Source: an uncultured Pelagibacteraceae bacterium (GTDB lineage Bacteria > Pseudomonadota > Alphaproteobacteria > Pelagibacterales > Pelagibacteraceae). From it: a stretch of DNA of 64,000 nucleotides. Where the stretch lies: positions 969 to 64,968 of the forward strand of contig CACJMX010000004.1 of the NCBI GenBank assembly GCA_902594635.1, given 5' to 3'. The position numbers and the translations under genes are program-made. Positions within the stretch are counted from its first letter, which is position 1; every line of letters starts with the position of its first letter. Positions 29,159 to 39,497 of this stretch are shown piece after piece. Under the pieces are notes generated by a model, which had not been told where the DNA came from, did not search any database, and was given only the letters and a program-made list of their open reading frames with translations.

Positions 29159-30550
29159 TTAGACTGAACTAATTCTAAAAATATTTTCCACCACTGAAAT
29201 AGAGTCTTTATTTGCCAAAAACACAACTTTATCTTCTTTTAAAAAAATAAAATCGGATCGAGGAATTATTATCTTATCTCCTCTTAAAACTGCGCCTATT
29301 CTAACTTCTTCAGGTAAATTTGAATTCTTTAACTCTTTATTAATTAACTCTGATGTCTCAATAATTTCAGCTTCAATTACTTCATATTCACCATTCATAA
29401 TTGTGTAAGCTGTTTCTATGGTACCTTTATGAACATGTTTTAATATACTAGAAACAGTATTCATTCTTGGATCTATTAAATCATCAATTTTAAGAGAGTC
29501 TTGTAATAGAGAATAATTAGGTTTATTCACTAATGCCATCGTTCTTTTATCTTCAATTTCTTTTTCATCTTTAGCAAATTTTTCAACAAGAACACTAACC
29601 ATCAAGTTATCCTCATCATCATTCGTTAAAGCAAGAACCGTTTCAGCTTCCTCTAAATTTGCTTCAGCTAACACTTCCTCATCTAAACCGTTGCCATTAA
29701 TCACAATTGTATTGTTTAATTCTGAGGCGAGGAATTCAGCTCGTTCTTTGTCTTTTTCAACAATTTTAACTCTTGCAGCATCTAACGTTTCTTCAATATT
29801 CTTTGCAAGATTAAATCCGATGTTACCACCGCCAACAATAAGAATTTTTTTAGATACTTTTTCTGTATGTCCAAATGCTTCTAAAGTTTCTACAGTTTGT
29901 GAAGAATTAATAATTACATAAATTTTGTCATTTTTTTTAACTTCATCTTCTTTTTTTGGAATTAAAAATTTATCATCTCTAATAATTCCAATTACATTTG
30001 CATCTAAATTTGGATATTTTTTTGTTAGATCTTTAAGCTTAATATTAATCAGACTACAACCATCATTAATAAGAATTTCTAATAATCGTATTTTATTATC
30101 TGCAAAAGGAACACTATCTAATGCTCCTGGAGCCTCTAGCTTTCTTTGAATTGATTTAGCAATTTCAAGTTCTGGTGAAATAATTACATCAATTGGTAAA
30201 TTTTCTTTATTGTAAACTGTAGTAAACTTTGGATTTAAATAATCCTGTGATCTTATTCTTGCAATTTTTTTTGGAATATTGAATATGGAAAAAGCTATTT
30301 GACATATAACCATATTAATTTCATCGTTTCTGGTAACAGCTATGATCATGTCTGTTTCAGCTGCATTCGCTTTCTCAAGTATAGTTGGATAAGTTGCCTT
30401 ACCAACAATTGCTTTTACATCTAAAGCATCGTCTATTTTTTGGATATCTTCACTAGATGTATCAATTACTGTTATCGAATGACCTTGTTCACTTAATTGT
30501 TTAGCAATAGTAAACCCCACTCTTCCAGCACCACAAATAATAATGTTCAT
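29159..30550 (-). CDS. trkA: Trk potassium uptake regulatory subunit
   Basis: Two RCK_N domains (CGAGRVG; VGGGNIG) with RCK_C domains. Confidence 0.95.
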   Translation of the reverse strand: MNIIICGAGRVGFTIAKQLSEQGHSITVIDTSSEDIQKIDDALDVKAIVGKATYPTILEKANAAETDMIIAVTRNDEINMVICQIAFSIFNIPKKIARIRSQDYLNPKFTTVYNKENLPIDVIISPELEIAKSIQRKLEAPGALDSVPFADNKIRLLEILINDGCSLINIKLKDLTKKYPNLDANVIGIIRDDKFLIPKKEDEVKKNDKIYVIINSSQTVETLEAFGHTEKVSKKILIVGGGNIGFNLAKNIEETLDAARVKIVEKDKERAEFLASELNNTIVINGNGLDEEVLAEANLEEAETVLALTNDDEDNLMVSVLVEKFAKDEKEIEDKRTMALVNKPNYSLLQDSLKIDDLIDPRMNTVSSILKHVHKGTIETAYTIMNGEYEVIEAEIIETSELINKELKNSNLPEEVRIGAVLRGDKIIIPRSDFIFLKEDKVVFLANKDSISVVENIFRISSV

Positions 30551-31905
30551 TAATTAAATTCTTTAATTCCTAAGCCTTTAAGTTTTCTGTGTAAGGCGCT
30601 TCGTTCCATGCCAACAAAGTTTGCTGTTTTTGAAATATTTCCATTAAATTTTTTTAATTGGATAGTTAAATACTCTTTTTCAAACTTTTCTCTAGCCTCT
30701 TTTAATGGCACAGATAGGCTATTTTCAGCAATTTGATCATCAAAATTATTATTTTTTAAAGACTCTTTAATTATATTTGAAATTTTATCTTTTGTATCTG
30801 GTTGCAATATAGCAATCCTTTCAATTAAATTTCTAAGCTCTCTAACGTTACCCTGCCAATTGTGATTTAAAATATAACTATTATTCTCGTCGATATTTAA
30901 TTCTTTAATATTATAATTCTCAGATATTTTGTTTGAAAAATATTTTATTAAAAGTGGAATATCAGAAATTCTTTGACTTAAAGGCTCAACATTAATTTCA
31001 AATACATTTATTCTGTGAAAAAGATCTTCTCTAAAGTTGCCAATCTCAATTTCCTTTTTTAAATCCTTACTAGATGAACACATTAATCTTACATCAACTG
31101 TAACATCACTACTACCATTGACACGTTTAAATTTTTGGTCAATTAAAACACGAAGTATTTTTGATTGTATATCTAAAGGGATTTCAGAAACTTGATCAAT
31201 TAAAAGTATACCACTATTAGCTTTTTCCAAAGCTCCATATGAAATTGCTCCATTTTCTTTTTCTTCGCCAAATAACTCAAGCTCATACTTATCAGAATCT
31301 AACAATGCTCCATTTAATATTACAAAAGGATTTTTACTTCTTTTAGAATTTTTGTGAATCTTCCTGGCGATCAACTCTTTACCTGATCCAGAAGGACCGT
31401 TTATAAATACTCTACTTTCGGTAATTGATATTTTTTTAATCTGATCTTTGATATTAGTTATATTTTTACTGTTCCCTATAATCTCATAAGATGAGAAAAG
31501 TTTACTTTCATATTCTTTGTTTTCTTTTTTAAGATTATAATTTTCTACAGCTCTTTTAACAAAATTTAGTAACCTCTCACGATCAAATGGTTTTTCAATA
31601 AATTCAAAAGCACCATTGTGTAAAGATTTAACTGCCATTTCAATATTAGCGTGACCGGAGATTATAATTACAGGAACATCTTTGTTTTTTGACTTTATAT
31701 GAGATAGAAGCTCTATGCCGTCATTATCTCCTTTATCTAACTTAACATCTAAAATAGCAACATCAGGTAATTTTTTATCAATCTCGGATAGGGCTTGGTT
31801 GTAATTAGCGGCTAGTCTAGTTTTATAGCCTGCGTCCAAAATAAGTTCATTGATGATATTTCTGATATCAGCATTATCATCAACAATTAGAATTTCACTA
31901 CTCAT
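30550..31905 (-). CDS. ntrX: Response regulator NtrX (REC-AAA+-Fis HTH)
   Basis: ILDVKL, GPSGSGKE, FREDLFHR, GNVRELRN, AREKFEKEY, MERSALHRKLK. Confidence 0.92.
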   Translation of the reverse strand: MSSEILIVDDNADIRNIINELILDAGYKTRLAANYNQALSEIDKKLPDVAILDVKLDKGDNDGIELLSHIKSKNKDVPVIIISGHANIEMAVKSLHNGAFEFIEKPFDRERLLNFVKRAVENYNLKKENKEYESKLFSSYEIIGNSKNITNIKDQIKKISITESRVFINGPSGSGKELIARKIHKNSKRSKNPFVILNGALLDSDKYELELFGEEKENGAISYGALEKANSGILLIDQVSEIPLDIQSKILRVLIDQKFKRVNGSSDVTVDVRLMCSSSKDLKKEIEIGNFREDLFHRINVFEINVEPLSQRISDIPLLIKYFSNKISENYNIKELNIDENNSYILNHNWQGNVRELRNLIERIAILQPDTKDKISNIIKESLKNNNFDDQIAENSLSVPLKEAREKFEKEYLTIQLKKFNGNISKTANFVGMERSALHRKLKGLGIKEFN

Positions 31906-31906
31906 G

Positions 31907-33688
31907 TTATTTTATAAAATTAATATTAATTTGGGCGCCATCATTTTTTGGGATAAATTCAATTTTACCATTATGATCATTTATAATTTTATTTACAATT
32001 GATAAGCCTAAACCAGTACCATTTTTTTTTGTCGTAAAATAGGGATTTAAAATTTCTTTAATATTTTTTGAAAGATTTCCAAATCCTATTCCATTATCGA
32101 CAATTACAAGTTTTATGTGACCATTATTCTCGGTAAGTTCAATAGTGATTTTTTTAATGAAATTACTGTCATTTTCAGCTTTTTGTTGAATACTTTCAAT
32201 CGAGTTTTTAATTAAATTTAAAAATACCCTGCTTATTTGTTCTTTATCACTATTTAAAATTATTTTTTCTATATTACTAGATAAATGTATCTCAATAGAA
32301 TGATCTAATTCTTTTAATAGTTTAACATTTTCTTTAAGTAAATTAACAAGGTTGTTTTCTCTTAAAGTAGGTTTAGGCATTCTTGCAAAATCGGAAAATT
32401 CATTAACTAAATTGCCAATTTGCTTTATCTGATTATTAATTATTTTTAAATTATCTTTAAAATTTTCTGAGTCTTTTTCATTTAGTAAATCAGAATATTT
32501 TTCTCTTAATCTATCAATTGTCAATTGAATTGGTGTAAGCGGATTTCTAATTTCATGTGCAAGTTTTCTTGCTAAGCTACCCCAGGCCTCATGCCTTTCA
32601 TTTATAATAAGCTTTTCCTGCTGAGTCTTAAGTCGATCAATCATTAAATTAAAATTTTTATTTAATACTTCCAAATCTTTATCAGTTTTGACTTCTGGTA
32701 CTTTTGCATCAAAATTTCCTTCACCAATTGAAGTTGATGCATAAATTAAATTGTTAATAGATCTAAAAAATCTTGATGAGAACCTGATAGCTATAGATAT
32801 GGATACAAATAATAAAACACTCACAACAATAATATAAATAATCGCAAAAGATATCTTTATACCAGTACTTTTTTCTTCTACTGTATAATAAAAATTAATT
32901 GCTTCCTGTGACTCATTTAAATAATTTGAAATTTCTTTATCCAAATATTTAATCACATAAAGAAATCTATCATCAAAATTTTGTAGTCGCATTATTGCTG
33001 CAGAAATATTTTTTGGTGCATTGATTATTTTTAAAGGTCTATCATCATCCAAAACTAAATTAAGAGCTTTATCAACAGGAGGTACAAAAAATTGGTTATT
33101 TTTTATAGTTGAAAATAAAAGTTTTTTATTTACATCAATGATATGAATTTCATCAACATCTCTTATTATTTTTTGGGTATTTAAAAAACGTTTGTATTCT
33201 CTAGTATCGTCATTTAAAAATTTTTTACTCTTATTTGTATCAAAAGCTATTAGCACTATATCAGATTGAATTTTGTTTCTGATTTCATTTACATAACTTC
33301 TGGCTAGTTCATAAGAATTATTTACCACTGTTGTAACTTTTTTGTCAAAATATTTTTCTAATGCAAAAGAAAATAAAAATAATGAAAAAATTGATATTAG
33401 AACAGATGGTATTAATGTAAATAGAGCAAAGTAAGTAATATATTTTTTATTCGACTTTAAACCATCTTTATCAATATCGTTTTTAATTGCTTTTTGAATT
33501 TCTGAAAAAATAAATAAGAAAAGAGAAATTAATAAAATAATATTAAGTATTAATAAATACTGTAAATTCTGATCATTTAATTCAATAAAGCCTTTATCGA
33601 TAAAAGTTAAAAAGGTTAAAAAACCTATCGATAATGTGATAATAAATAATATTATAAGGTATATGTTTTTTTTAATAAAATCTGACAT
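31907..33688 (-). CDS. ntrY: Sensor histidine kinase NtrY
   Basis: Multi-TM N-terminus, HAMP, AWGSLARKLAHEIRNPLTPIQL, DNGIGF, GTGLGL; upstream of ntrX. Confidence 0.9.
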   Translation of the reverse strand: MSDFIKKNIYLIILFIITLSIGFLTFLTFIDKGFIELNDQNLQYLLILNIILLISLFLFIFSEIQKAIKNDIDKDGLKSNKKYITYFALFTLIPSVLISIFSLFLFSFALEKYFDKKVTTVVNNSYELARSYVNEIRNKIQSDIVLIAFDTNKSKKFLNDDTREYKRFLNTQKIIRDVDEIHIIDVNKKLLFSTIKNNQFFVPPVDKALNLVLDDDRPLKIINAPKNISAAIMRLQNFDDRFLYVIKYLDKEISNYLNESQEAINFYYTVEEKSTGIKISFAIIYIIVVSVLLFVSISIAIRFSSRFFRSINNLIYASTSIGEGNFDAKVPEVKTDKDLEVLNKNFNLMIDRLKTQQEKLIINERHEAWGSLARKLAHEIRNPLTPIQLTIDRLREKYSDLLNEKDSENFKDNLKIINNQIKQIGNLVNEFSDFARMPKPTLRENNLVNLLKENVKLLKELDHSIEIHLSSNIEKIILNSDKEQISRVFLNLIKNSIESIQQKAENDSNFIKKITIELTENNGHIKLVIVDNGIGFGNLSKNIKEILNPYFTTKKNGTGLGLSIVNKIINDHNGKIEFIPKNDGAQININFIK

Positions 33689-33712
33689 TTGAGTAAAAAA
33701 TCACCACTATAA

Positions 33713-34813
33713 ATGAACAACTATTTTATAATACTAGCATCAGGACAAAGCAAAAGATTTAATTCAAACAAACTTAAGCAATATATTATCTATAAAAATA
33801 AGCCTCTTTTTGAACACTCGATTGAAAAAGCCTTAGCATCTAAATTATTTAAAAAAATAATCCTAGTTGTTAACAGCAAAAAACAAATCAATAAAAAATT
33901 TTCTAAAAATGTAGTTATTATTAAAGGAGGGAAAGAAAGATCAGACTCCTCTTTAATTGGGCTTAAATATATAAAAAAATTTAAACCATCAAATGTGTTA
34001 ATCCATGATGCGGCAAGACCAAATTTTTCATTACAGCTTTTAAAAAATTTAGTTAAATCACTTAAGAAAAATAAGGCAGTGATCCCAACTGTAAATACAA
34101 AAGACTCTATTAAGTATAAAGTTAAAAAACAGCTATTTAATTTAAATCGTGATCATTCTTTTTCAACTCAAACGCCACAAGCTTTTAGATTTAATGATCT
34201 TTATAATTTATCAATAAAACAGAAAGCTAAAATTCAGGATGAAGCAACATTATTTATTGAAAATAATTTAAAAGTAAAATGTATAAAAGGTGAAAATTCC
34301 AATAATAAAATTACTTATAAAGAAGATATTAAAACTAATAAAACATTTATTGGAATAGGTTTTGATATTCATCGATTAATTAAAGGTAAAAAACTTTACT
34401 TAGGTGGTTTAAAAATACCGTTTCATTCAGGGTTAAAAGGTCATTCAGATGGAGATGTTATAATTCATTCTATTATCGATGCTTTACTGGGTGCAATGAG
34501 AAAAAAAGACATAGGGACTTTGTTTCCTGATAATAAAAAAAAATTTAAAAATATACGATCTCCTAAAATGTTAAAACCAGTAATTGAGATAATGGATAAA
34601 AATGATTTCTATATCAATAACGTTGACATTAATTTGATATGTGAACAACCCAAAGTCTCAAAATACAGGAATAAAATAATTAAATCCTTATCTGAATTAT
34701 TTAACATTGATAGTTCATTAATAAATCTAAAAGGCAAAACTGTTGAAAAATTAGGATTAATAGGAAAGGAAAAAGCAATTGCTTGTGAGGTAATTTGCTC
34801 AATTTCTCAATGA
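33713..34813 (+). CDS. ispDF: Bifunctional IspD/IspF
   Basis: LASGQSKRF, IHDAARP, QTPQAF; GIGFDIH, GHSDGDV. Confidence 0.94.
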   Translation: MNNYFIILASGQSKRFNSNKLKQYIIYKNKPLFEHSIEKALASKLFKKIILVVNSKKQINKKFSKNVVIIKGGKERSDSSLIGLKYIKKFKPSNVLIHDAARPNFSLQLLKNLVKSLKKNKAVIPTVNTKDSIKYKVKKQLFNLNRDHSFSTQTPQAFRFNDLYNLSIKQKAKIQDEATLFIENNLKVKCIKGENSNNKITYKEDIKTNKTFIGIGFDIHRLIKGKKLYLGGLKIPFHSGLKGHSDGDVIIHSIIDALLGAMRKKDIGTLFPDNKKKFKNIRSPKMLKPVIEIMDKNDFYINNVDINLICEQPKVSKYRNKIIKSLSELFNIDSSLINLKGKTVEKLGLIGKEKAIACEVICSISQ

Positions 34814-35301
34814 AAAAAATTAACGTTTTAATATCTACTTTCTTTGGGTACGGATATCTAACCAAAATGCCTGGCACTGTAGCTTCTTTAGTGACAACTA
34901 TTTTTATTTATATTGCTTATGAATATCTTGGCTACACTGATTTAAAATTTTCAATTATCTTCTTTTTTATTATATTTTTTTATTCATTTTATGCAGTGAA
35001 AGATAGTGAGAGTGAATTTGTAAATAAAGATCCAAGACAAATAGTAATTGATGAAGTTTTAGGTCAATCTATGCCGTTAATTCTACTATTGTATTTGAGC
35101 CAAACTAATCAGATATCCATGCAGATAGAAATTTATTATATTATTTCTTTCTTTGTTTTTAGATTTTTTGATATCTTTAAGCCATTTCCTGTAAGCTATT
35201 TTGATAAAAATTTTAAAAATTATTTTGGAATCATTATGGATGATATAATGGCTGGATTTTATACGATGTTGGTAATTTACCTAATAAGCCTTAAATTTTA
35301 A
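34810..35301 (+). CDS. pgpA: Phosphatidylglycerophosphatase A
   Basis: PGTVAS, DPRQIVIDEVLG, FRFFDIFKPFP, GIIMDDIMAG; ATGA overlap with ispDF. Confidence 0.92.
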   Translation: MKKINVLISTFFGYGYLTKMPGTVASLVTTIFIYIAYEYLGYTDLKFSIIFFFIIFFYSFYAVKDSESEFVNKDPRQIVIDEVLGQSMPLILLLYLSQTNQISMQIEIYYIISFFVFRFFDIFKPFPVSYFDKNFKNYFGIIMDDIMAGFYTMLVIYLISLKF

Positions 35302-35765
35302 TGAACATTAAACTTCTACATAAAAAACTAATTCAAAAGAAATTGAGTATTTCTGTTGCTGAATCTTGCACCGGAGGTCTTTTAGCTAATAATTTAACAA
35401 AATTGTCTAATGCATCTAAATATTTCCAAGTAGGGTTAATTACATATTCTAACAATGCAAAAATTAAAATTTTGAAGGTGAATAAAAAAATTATTGATAA
35501 ATATGGTGCTGTAAGCCCAGAAACTTGTGGAGAAATGGTAAAAAACTTAGCAAAGATTTCTAAAAGTAAAATTAATATCTCTATTACAGGAATTGCAGGA
35601 CCTAATGGAGGAACAAAACTTAAACCAGTTGGATTAGTTTATATTGGAGTAAAAAAAAATAATAAAATATTAATTACTAAAAATATATTTAAAAACAAAA
35701 ACAGAGTTAGTATACAAAAAGCTACAGTTAGAAGATCTTTAGATATTGTGAATTCTTTAATCTAA
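35301..35765 (+). CDS. cinA: CinA C-terminal domain protein (PncC-like NMN deamidase)
   Basis: AESCTGG, TYSNNAK, GAVS, TGIAGPNGG, KPVGLV. Confidence 0.88.
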   Translation: MNIKLLHKKLIQKKLSISVAESCTGGLLANNLTKLSNASKYFQVGLITYSNNAKIKILKVNKKIIDKYGAVSPETCGEMVKNLAKISKSKINISITGIAGPNGGTKLKPVGLVYIGVKKNNKILITKNIFKNKNRVSIQKATVRRSLDIVNSLI

Positions 35766-36199
35766 AGATTTTCAGCTTTTTTTTGAAAAGCATCTGCTAT
35801 TTTATTTAATCCAAATTGGAAAGATTTTTCCATAATTAAATTTAAAAACTTATTTTTAATTTCAAAATCAACATCAAATTGAACCTCTGTATAATTTTCT
35901 TTTTGAGTAAATTTCCAGTTATTTTGTAGATGTTTCAAGGGACCACCAATATTAGTAACATGTATTGAGTCGTTTTTTTTATCATAACGTACATCACTTT
36001 TATAAGTATCTACAAAAGGTTTTCTGCCGATAGTCAGATCTGCAATGATTGCTATTTCTTCATCTTTGTCTTCTCTTTCATAAACTTTTGAGTCTATGCA
36101 AAAAGGGATGAACTCAGGATATTTTTCAATGTCCAAAACAAAATCTATTAATTTTTGTTTCTCTCTTTCTATTTGCCTTGTGACTGAGGCTTTTGGCAT
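35762..36199 (-). CDS. START-domain COQ10/RatA family protein
   Basis: DIEKYPEFIPFC, GPLKHLQNNWKF, AFQKKA; follows lipA. Confidence 0.88.
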   Translation of the reverse strand: MPKASVTRQIEREKQKLIDFVLDIEKYPEFIPFCIDSKVYEREDKDEEIAIIADLTIGRKPFVDTYKSDVRYDKKNDSIHVTNIGGPLKHLQNNWKFTQKENYTEVQFDVDFEIKNKFLNLIMEKSFQFGLNKIADAFQKKAENL

Positions 36200-37128
36200 T
36201 AATTATTTTTTAATCTATTTTGTTGGAGTTTAGCAAAATCTTCGTCTGCATGATAAGACGATCTTGTAAGCGGGGATGATGACACTAATAAAAATCCTTT
36301 TGATTTTGCAATATTTTCTAACTCTTTAAATTCATCCGGGTGATAATATCTGCCAAGTGGATGATGTTTTGGAGAAGGTTGTAAATATTGACCAATAGTT
36401 ATGAAATCTACATCTGCAGATCTTAAGTCATCCATCACTTGAATTAATTCATCCTTTTCTTCACCAAGTCCAACCATTAAACCCGATTTTGTAAAAACTT
36501 TTTTATTAATTTTTTTTACATTTTTTAAAAGTTCTAGAGATCCAAAATATCTAGCACCTGGTCTTACTTTTAAATAAAGACGTGGCACTGTTTCAATATT
36601 GTGATTAAACACATCTAAATCTGCTTCTAAAATTTTTTTATAAGCATCCCCTTTTCTTAAGAAATCTGGTGTTAAGACCTCTATTGAGGTTTTAGGATTT
36701 TTTTTACGAGTTGCATTTATTACTTCATAAAAATGATTTGACCCACCATCATCCAAATCATCTCTATCAACTGAGGTAATGACAACATGTTTTAAATCTA
36801 ATTTGCTTACAGCATTTGAAATTTTGTAGGGTTCAAACGGGTCTAACTTTTCTGGCTTACCCGTTTTGACATCACAAAAAGCACAAGCTCTTGTACAGGT
36901 GTCCCCCATTATCATAAATGTTGCATGTCTTTTACTCCAACATTCAGTAATATTTGGACAATTAGCTTCCTGACAAACAGTGACTAAATTATTTTGGTTA
37001 ACAATAGTTTTTGTCAAAAAAAACTCTTTACTGTTTGATAACTTAGATCTGATCCAATCAGGTTTTTTTTTGATTGGATTAATAGGCTTATTTACTTTTT
37101 CAGGATGTCTAATTTTTGTTTTCATCAT
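36199..37128 (-). CDS. lipA: Lipoyl synthase
   Basis: [44 protein letters not shown]. Confidence 0.97.
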   Translation of the reverse strand: MMKTKIRHPEKVNKPINPIKKKPDWIRSKLSNSKEFFLTKTIVNQNNLVTVCQEANCPNITECWSKRHATFMIMGDTCTRACAFCDVKTGKPEKLDPFEPYKISNAVSKLDLKHVVITSVDRDDLDDGGSNHFYEVINATRKKNPKTSIEVLTPDFLRKGDAYKKILEADLDVFNHNIETVPRLYLKVRPGARYFGSLELLKNVKKINKKVFTKSGLMVGLGEEKDELIQVMDDLRSADVDFITIGQYLQPSPKHHPLGRYYHPDEFKELENIAKSKGFLLVSSSPLTRSSYHADEDFAKLQQNRLKNN

Positions 37129-37417
37129 TTTTAATTATATAGATCGTCTCTCCTTCTTTGCCAAATAGAAATCGCTCTCTAATTAAAGTCTCAATATAGT
37201 CTAAATCTAAATTAGTACTTAATAGTGAATTTTTATGATCCATATCTTCTATTTTACTAATTAAGGTTAATTCCTCATTTTTCAAGTTTGACAAAAGCTC
37301 TTTTTTTTCAATGTACGAAAAAAGACCTCTTTCACCAGAAACAAGATTAAAACCAAAGTAAAGAATCAAAAACAATGATATTAATAAAAAATAATTTCTT
37401 TTTATTAACCTCAACAT
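37109..37417 (-). CDS. ftsB: Septum formation initiator FtsB/DivIC-like
   Basis: N-terminal TM, GERGL, coiled coil, [11 protein letters not shown]; immediately after eno. Confidence 0.8.
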   Translation of the reverse strand: MLRLIKRNYFLLISLFLILYFGFNLVSGERGLFSYIEKKELLSNLKNEELTLISKIEDMDHKNSLLSTNLDLDYIETLIRERFLFGKEGETIYIIKNDENKN

Positions 37418-38673
37418 TAGTTGATTTTATTCATTCTCACTTTTTTTCCAAGTTCTTCTTCAATTCGAATTAATTGATTATATTTAGCTACTCTTTCAGA
37501 TCTTGCTAATGATCCTGTTTTAATTTGATTTGAATTAGTTCCAACTGCAAGATCTGCAATAAAAGTATCTTCACTATCACCAGATCGGTGAGAAATTATT
37601 GTTTTATAACCAATGGTTTGGGCAAATTTGATTACATCTAACGTTTCAGAAACTGTTCCAATTTGGTTTAATTTAATCAAAATTGAATTTGAGGAAATGT
37701 TTAAAAACCCTTTCTTAAGTCTTTCTAAATTTGTCACATAAAGATCATCCCCCACTATTTGAACTTTATTAATTGACCTCATCAATTTATTCCAAGCTAG
37801 CCAATCATTTTCAGCAAATGGGTCTTCGATGGATTTGATTTTATATTTTTTAATAATTTTTTGATATTCTTTGATAGATTTTTCAACAGATATGTAGGAC
37901 TTAGAATGAATTGAATATTTATTTTTTTTAATTAATTCATTTGCAGCTACATCTAAACATATTGAAACATCTCTGCCATTGATAAATCCTGATTTTTTTA
38001 TCGCTGTCACAACTAAATCAAGAGCTTGGTTGTTACTACTGATCATTGGGGCAAAACCACCTTCGTCTCCAACAGAGGTAGATAAACCTTTATCTTTTAT
38101 TAATTTTGATAAATTTTTAATCACTATGAAGCATATTCTCATTGCCTCAGAAAAACTTTTAGCACGATCAGGTCTGATCATAAATTCTTGAATTCTAAGA
38201 CCATTGTTTGCATGAGCTCCACCATTAATAATATTCATTAAAGGATAAGGTAATTGGAAATTTTTCTTTATAAAAAAAGTTTTATACAATGGTAATTTTT
38301 TAACTTTAGCCGAAAGCTTTTTAGCAGCCATTGAGACTGCAAGCATGGCATTTGCACCAAGATTTGTTTTTTGTCTTGTTCCATCTAATTTTATTAATAA
38401 AGTATCAATACGTTCTTGATTGTGAACACTTTGACCTTTTAATTTATTTGAGATTTTTGTGTTAACTAAATTAACAGCGTTTAAAACACTCTTACCTAAA
38501 TAACGTTTATTATTTTTATCTCTTTTCTCAAAAGCTTCATACGTTCCAGTTGATGCTCCAGATGGACAAATTGCAGTTGCACTATTATTTTTTGTATAAA
38601 CCTCAGCCTCTATGGTTGGATTTCCTCTACTGTCAAATACTTGACGGGCCTTTACTTTTAAAATTTTACTCAC
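37417..38673 (-). CDS. eno: Enolase
   Basis: DSRGNPT, PSGASTG, GDEGGFAP, GDDL, SHRSG, KTGSLARSER. Confidence 0.96.
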   Translation of the reverse strand: MSKILKVKARQVFDSRGNPTIEAEVYTKNNSATAICPSGASTGTYEAFEKRDKNNKRYLGKSVLNAVNLVNTKISNKLKGQSVHNQERIDTLLIKLDGTRQKTNLGANAMLAVSMAAKKLSAKVKKLPLYKTFFIKKNFQLPYPLMNIINGGAHANNGLRIQEFMIRPDRAKSFSEAMRICFIVIKNLSKLIKDKGLSTSVGDEGGFAPMISSNNQALDLVVTAIKKSGFINGRDVSICLDVAANELIKKNKYSIHSKSYISVEKSIKEYQKIIKKYKIKSIEDPFAENDWLAWNKLMRSINKVQIVGDDLYVTNLERLKKGFLNISSNSILIKLNQIGTVSETLDVIKFAQTIGYKTIISHRSGDSEDTFIADLAVGTNSNQIKTGSLARSERVAKYNQLIRIEEELGKKVRMNKIN

Positions 38674-39497
38674 TATTTTTTTATTAATTTATCTATATCT
38701 GATAATTGATGTAACAGATTTTCTAACTTATCCAATGGGACCATGTTAGGACCATCTGATGGTGCATTATCTGGATCTTGATGAGTTTCAATAAAAACTC
38801 CAGCAACACCTACTGCAACAGCAGCTCTAGCTAAATACTCGACAAACTCTCTTTGACCTCCTGATGACTCACCTTGACCTCCAGGTTGTTGTACTGAATG
38901 GGTTGCATCAAAAATCACTGGATAACCATTCTTAGCCATTATTGGTAAAGACCTCATGTCAGAAACTAAAGTATTGTAACCAAAACTTGCACCTCTCTCG
39001 GTGACTAAAATATTTGTATTTCCAGAATCTGAAATTTTTTTAGTAACATTAACCATATCCCATGGTGCTAAGAATTGACCTTTTTTAACATTAATAATTT
39101 TATTTGTTTTTGCGGCAGCTATCAAAAGATCAGTCTGTCTGCATAAGAAAGCAGGAATTTGTAATATGTCAACATGATCAGCTACTTCCGAACATTGATC
39201 AATACTATGAATGTCTGTTAAAATAGGAATATTAAATTCTTTTTTTATTTTGTCAAAAACAGGTAAGGATGCTTCAAGTCCAGCTCCCCTTTTTCCTTTA
39301 AGACTAGTTCGGTTAGCTTTATCAAAAGAGGTTTTATAAATAAAGCCAAGTCCAAATTTTTTTGTAATTTCTTGAATTTTGCCAGCCATATCCATTGCAT
39401 GCTGTTCAGTTTCAAGTTGACAAGGTCCGGCAATGATGCAAATTTTATTATTATTTGAAATTTCTATATTTCCACAATTTACTTTTATGCTATTCAT
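38673..39497 (-). CDS. kdsA: KDO8P synthase
   Basis: [38 protein letters not shown]. Confidence 0.96.
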   Translation of the reverse strand: MNSIKVNCGNIEISNNNKICIIAGPCQLETEQHAMDMAGKIQEITKKFGLGFIYKTSFDKANRTSLKGKRGAGLEASLPVFDKIKKEFNIPILTDIHSIDQCSEVADHVDILQIPAFLCRQTDLLIAAAKTNKIINVKKGQFLAPWDMVNVTKKISDSGNTNILVTERGASFGYNTLVSDMRSLPIMAKNGYPVIFDATHSVQQPGGQGESSGGQREFVEYLARAAVAVGVAGVFIETHQDPDNAPSDGPNMVPLDKLENLLHQLSDIDKLIKK

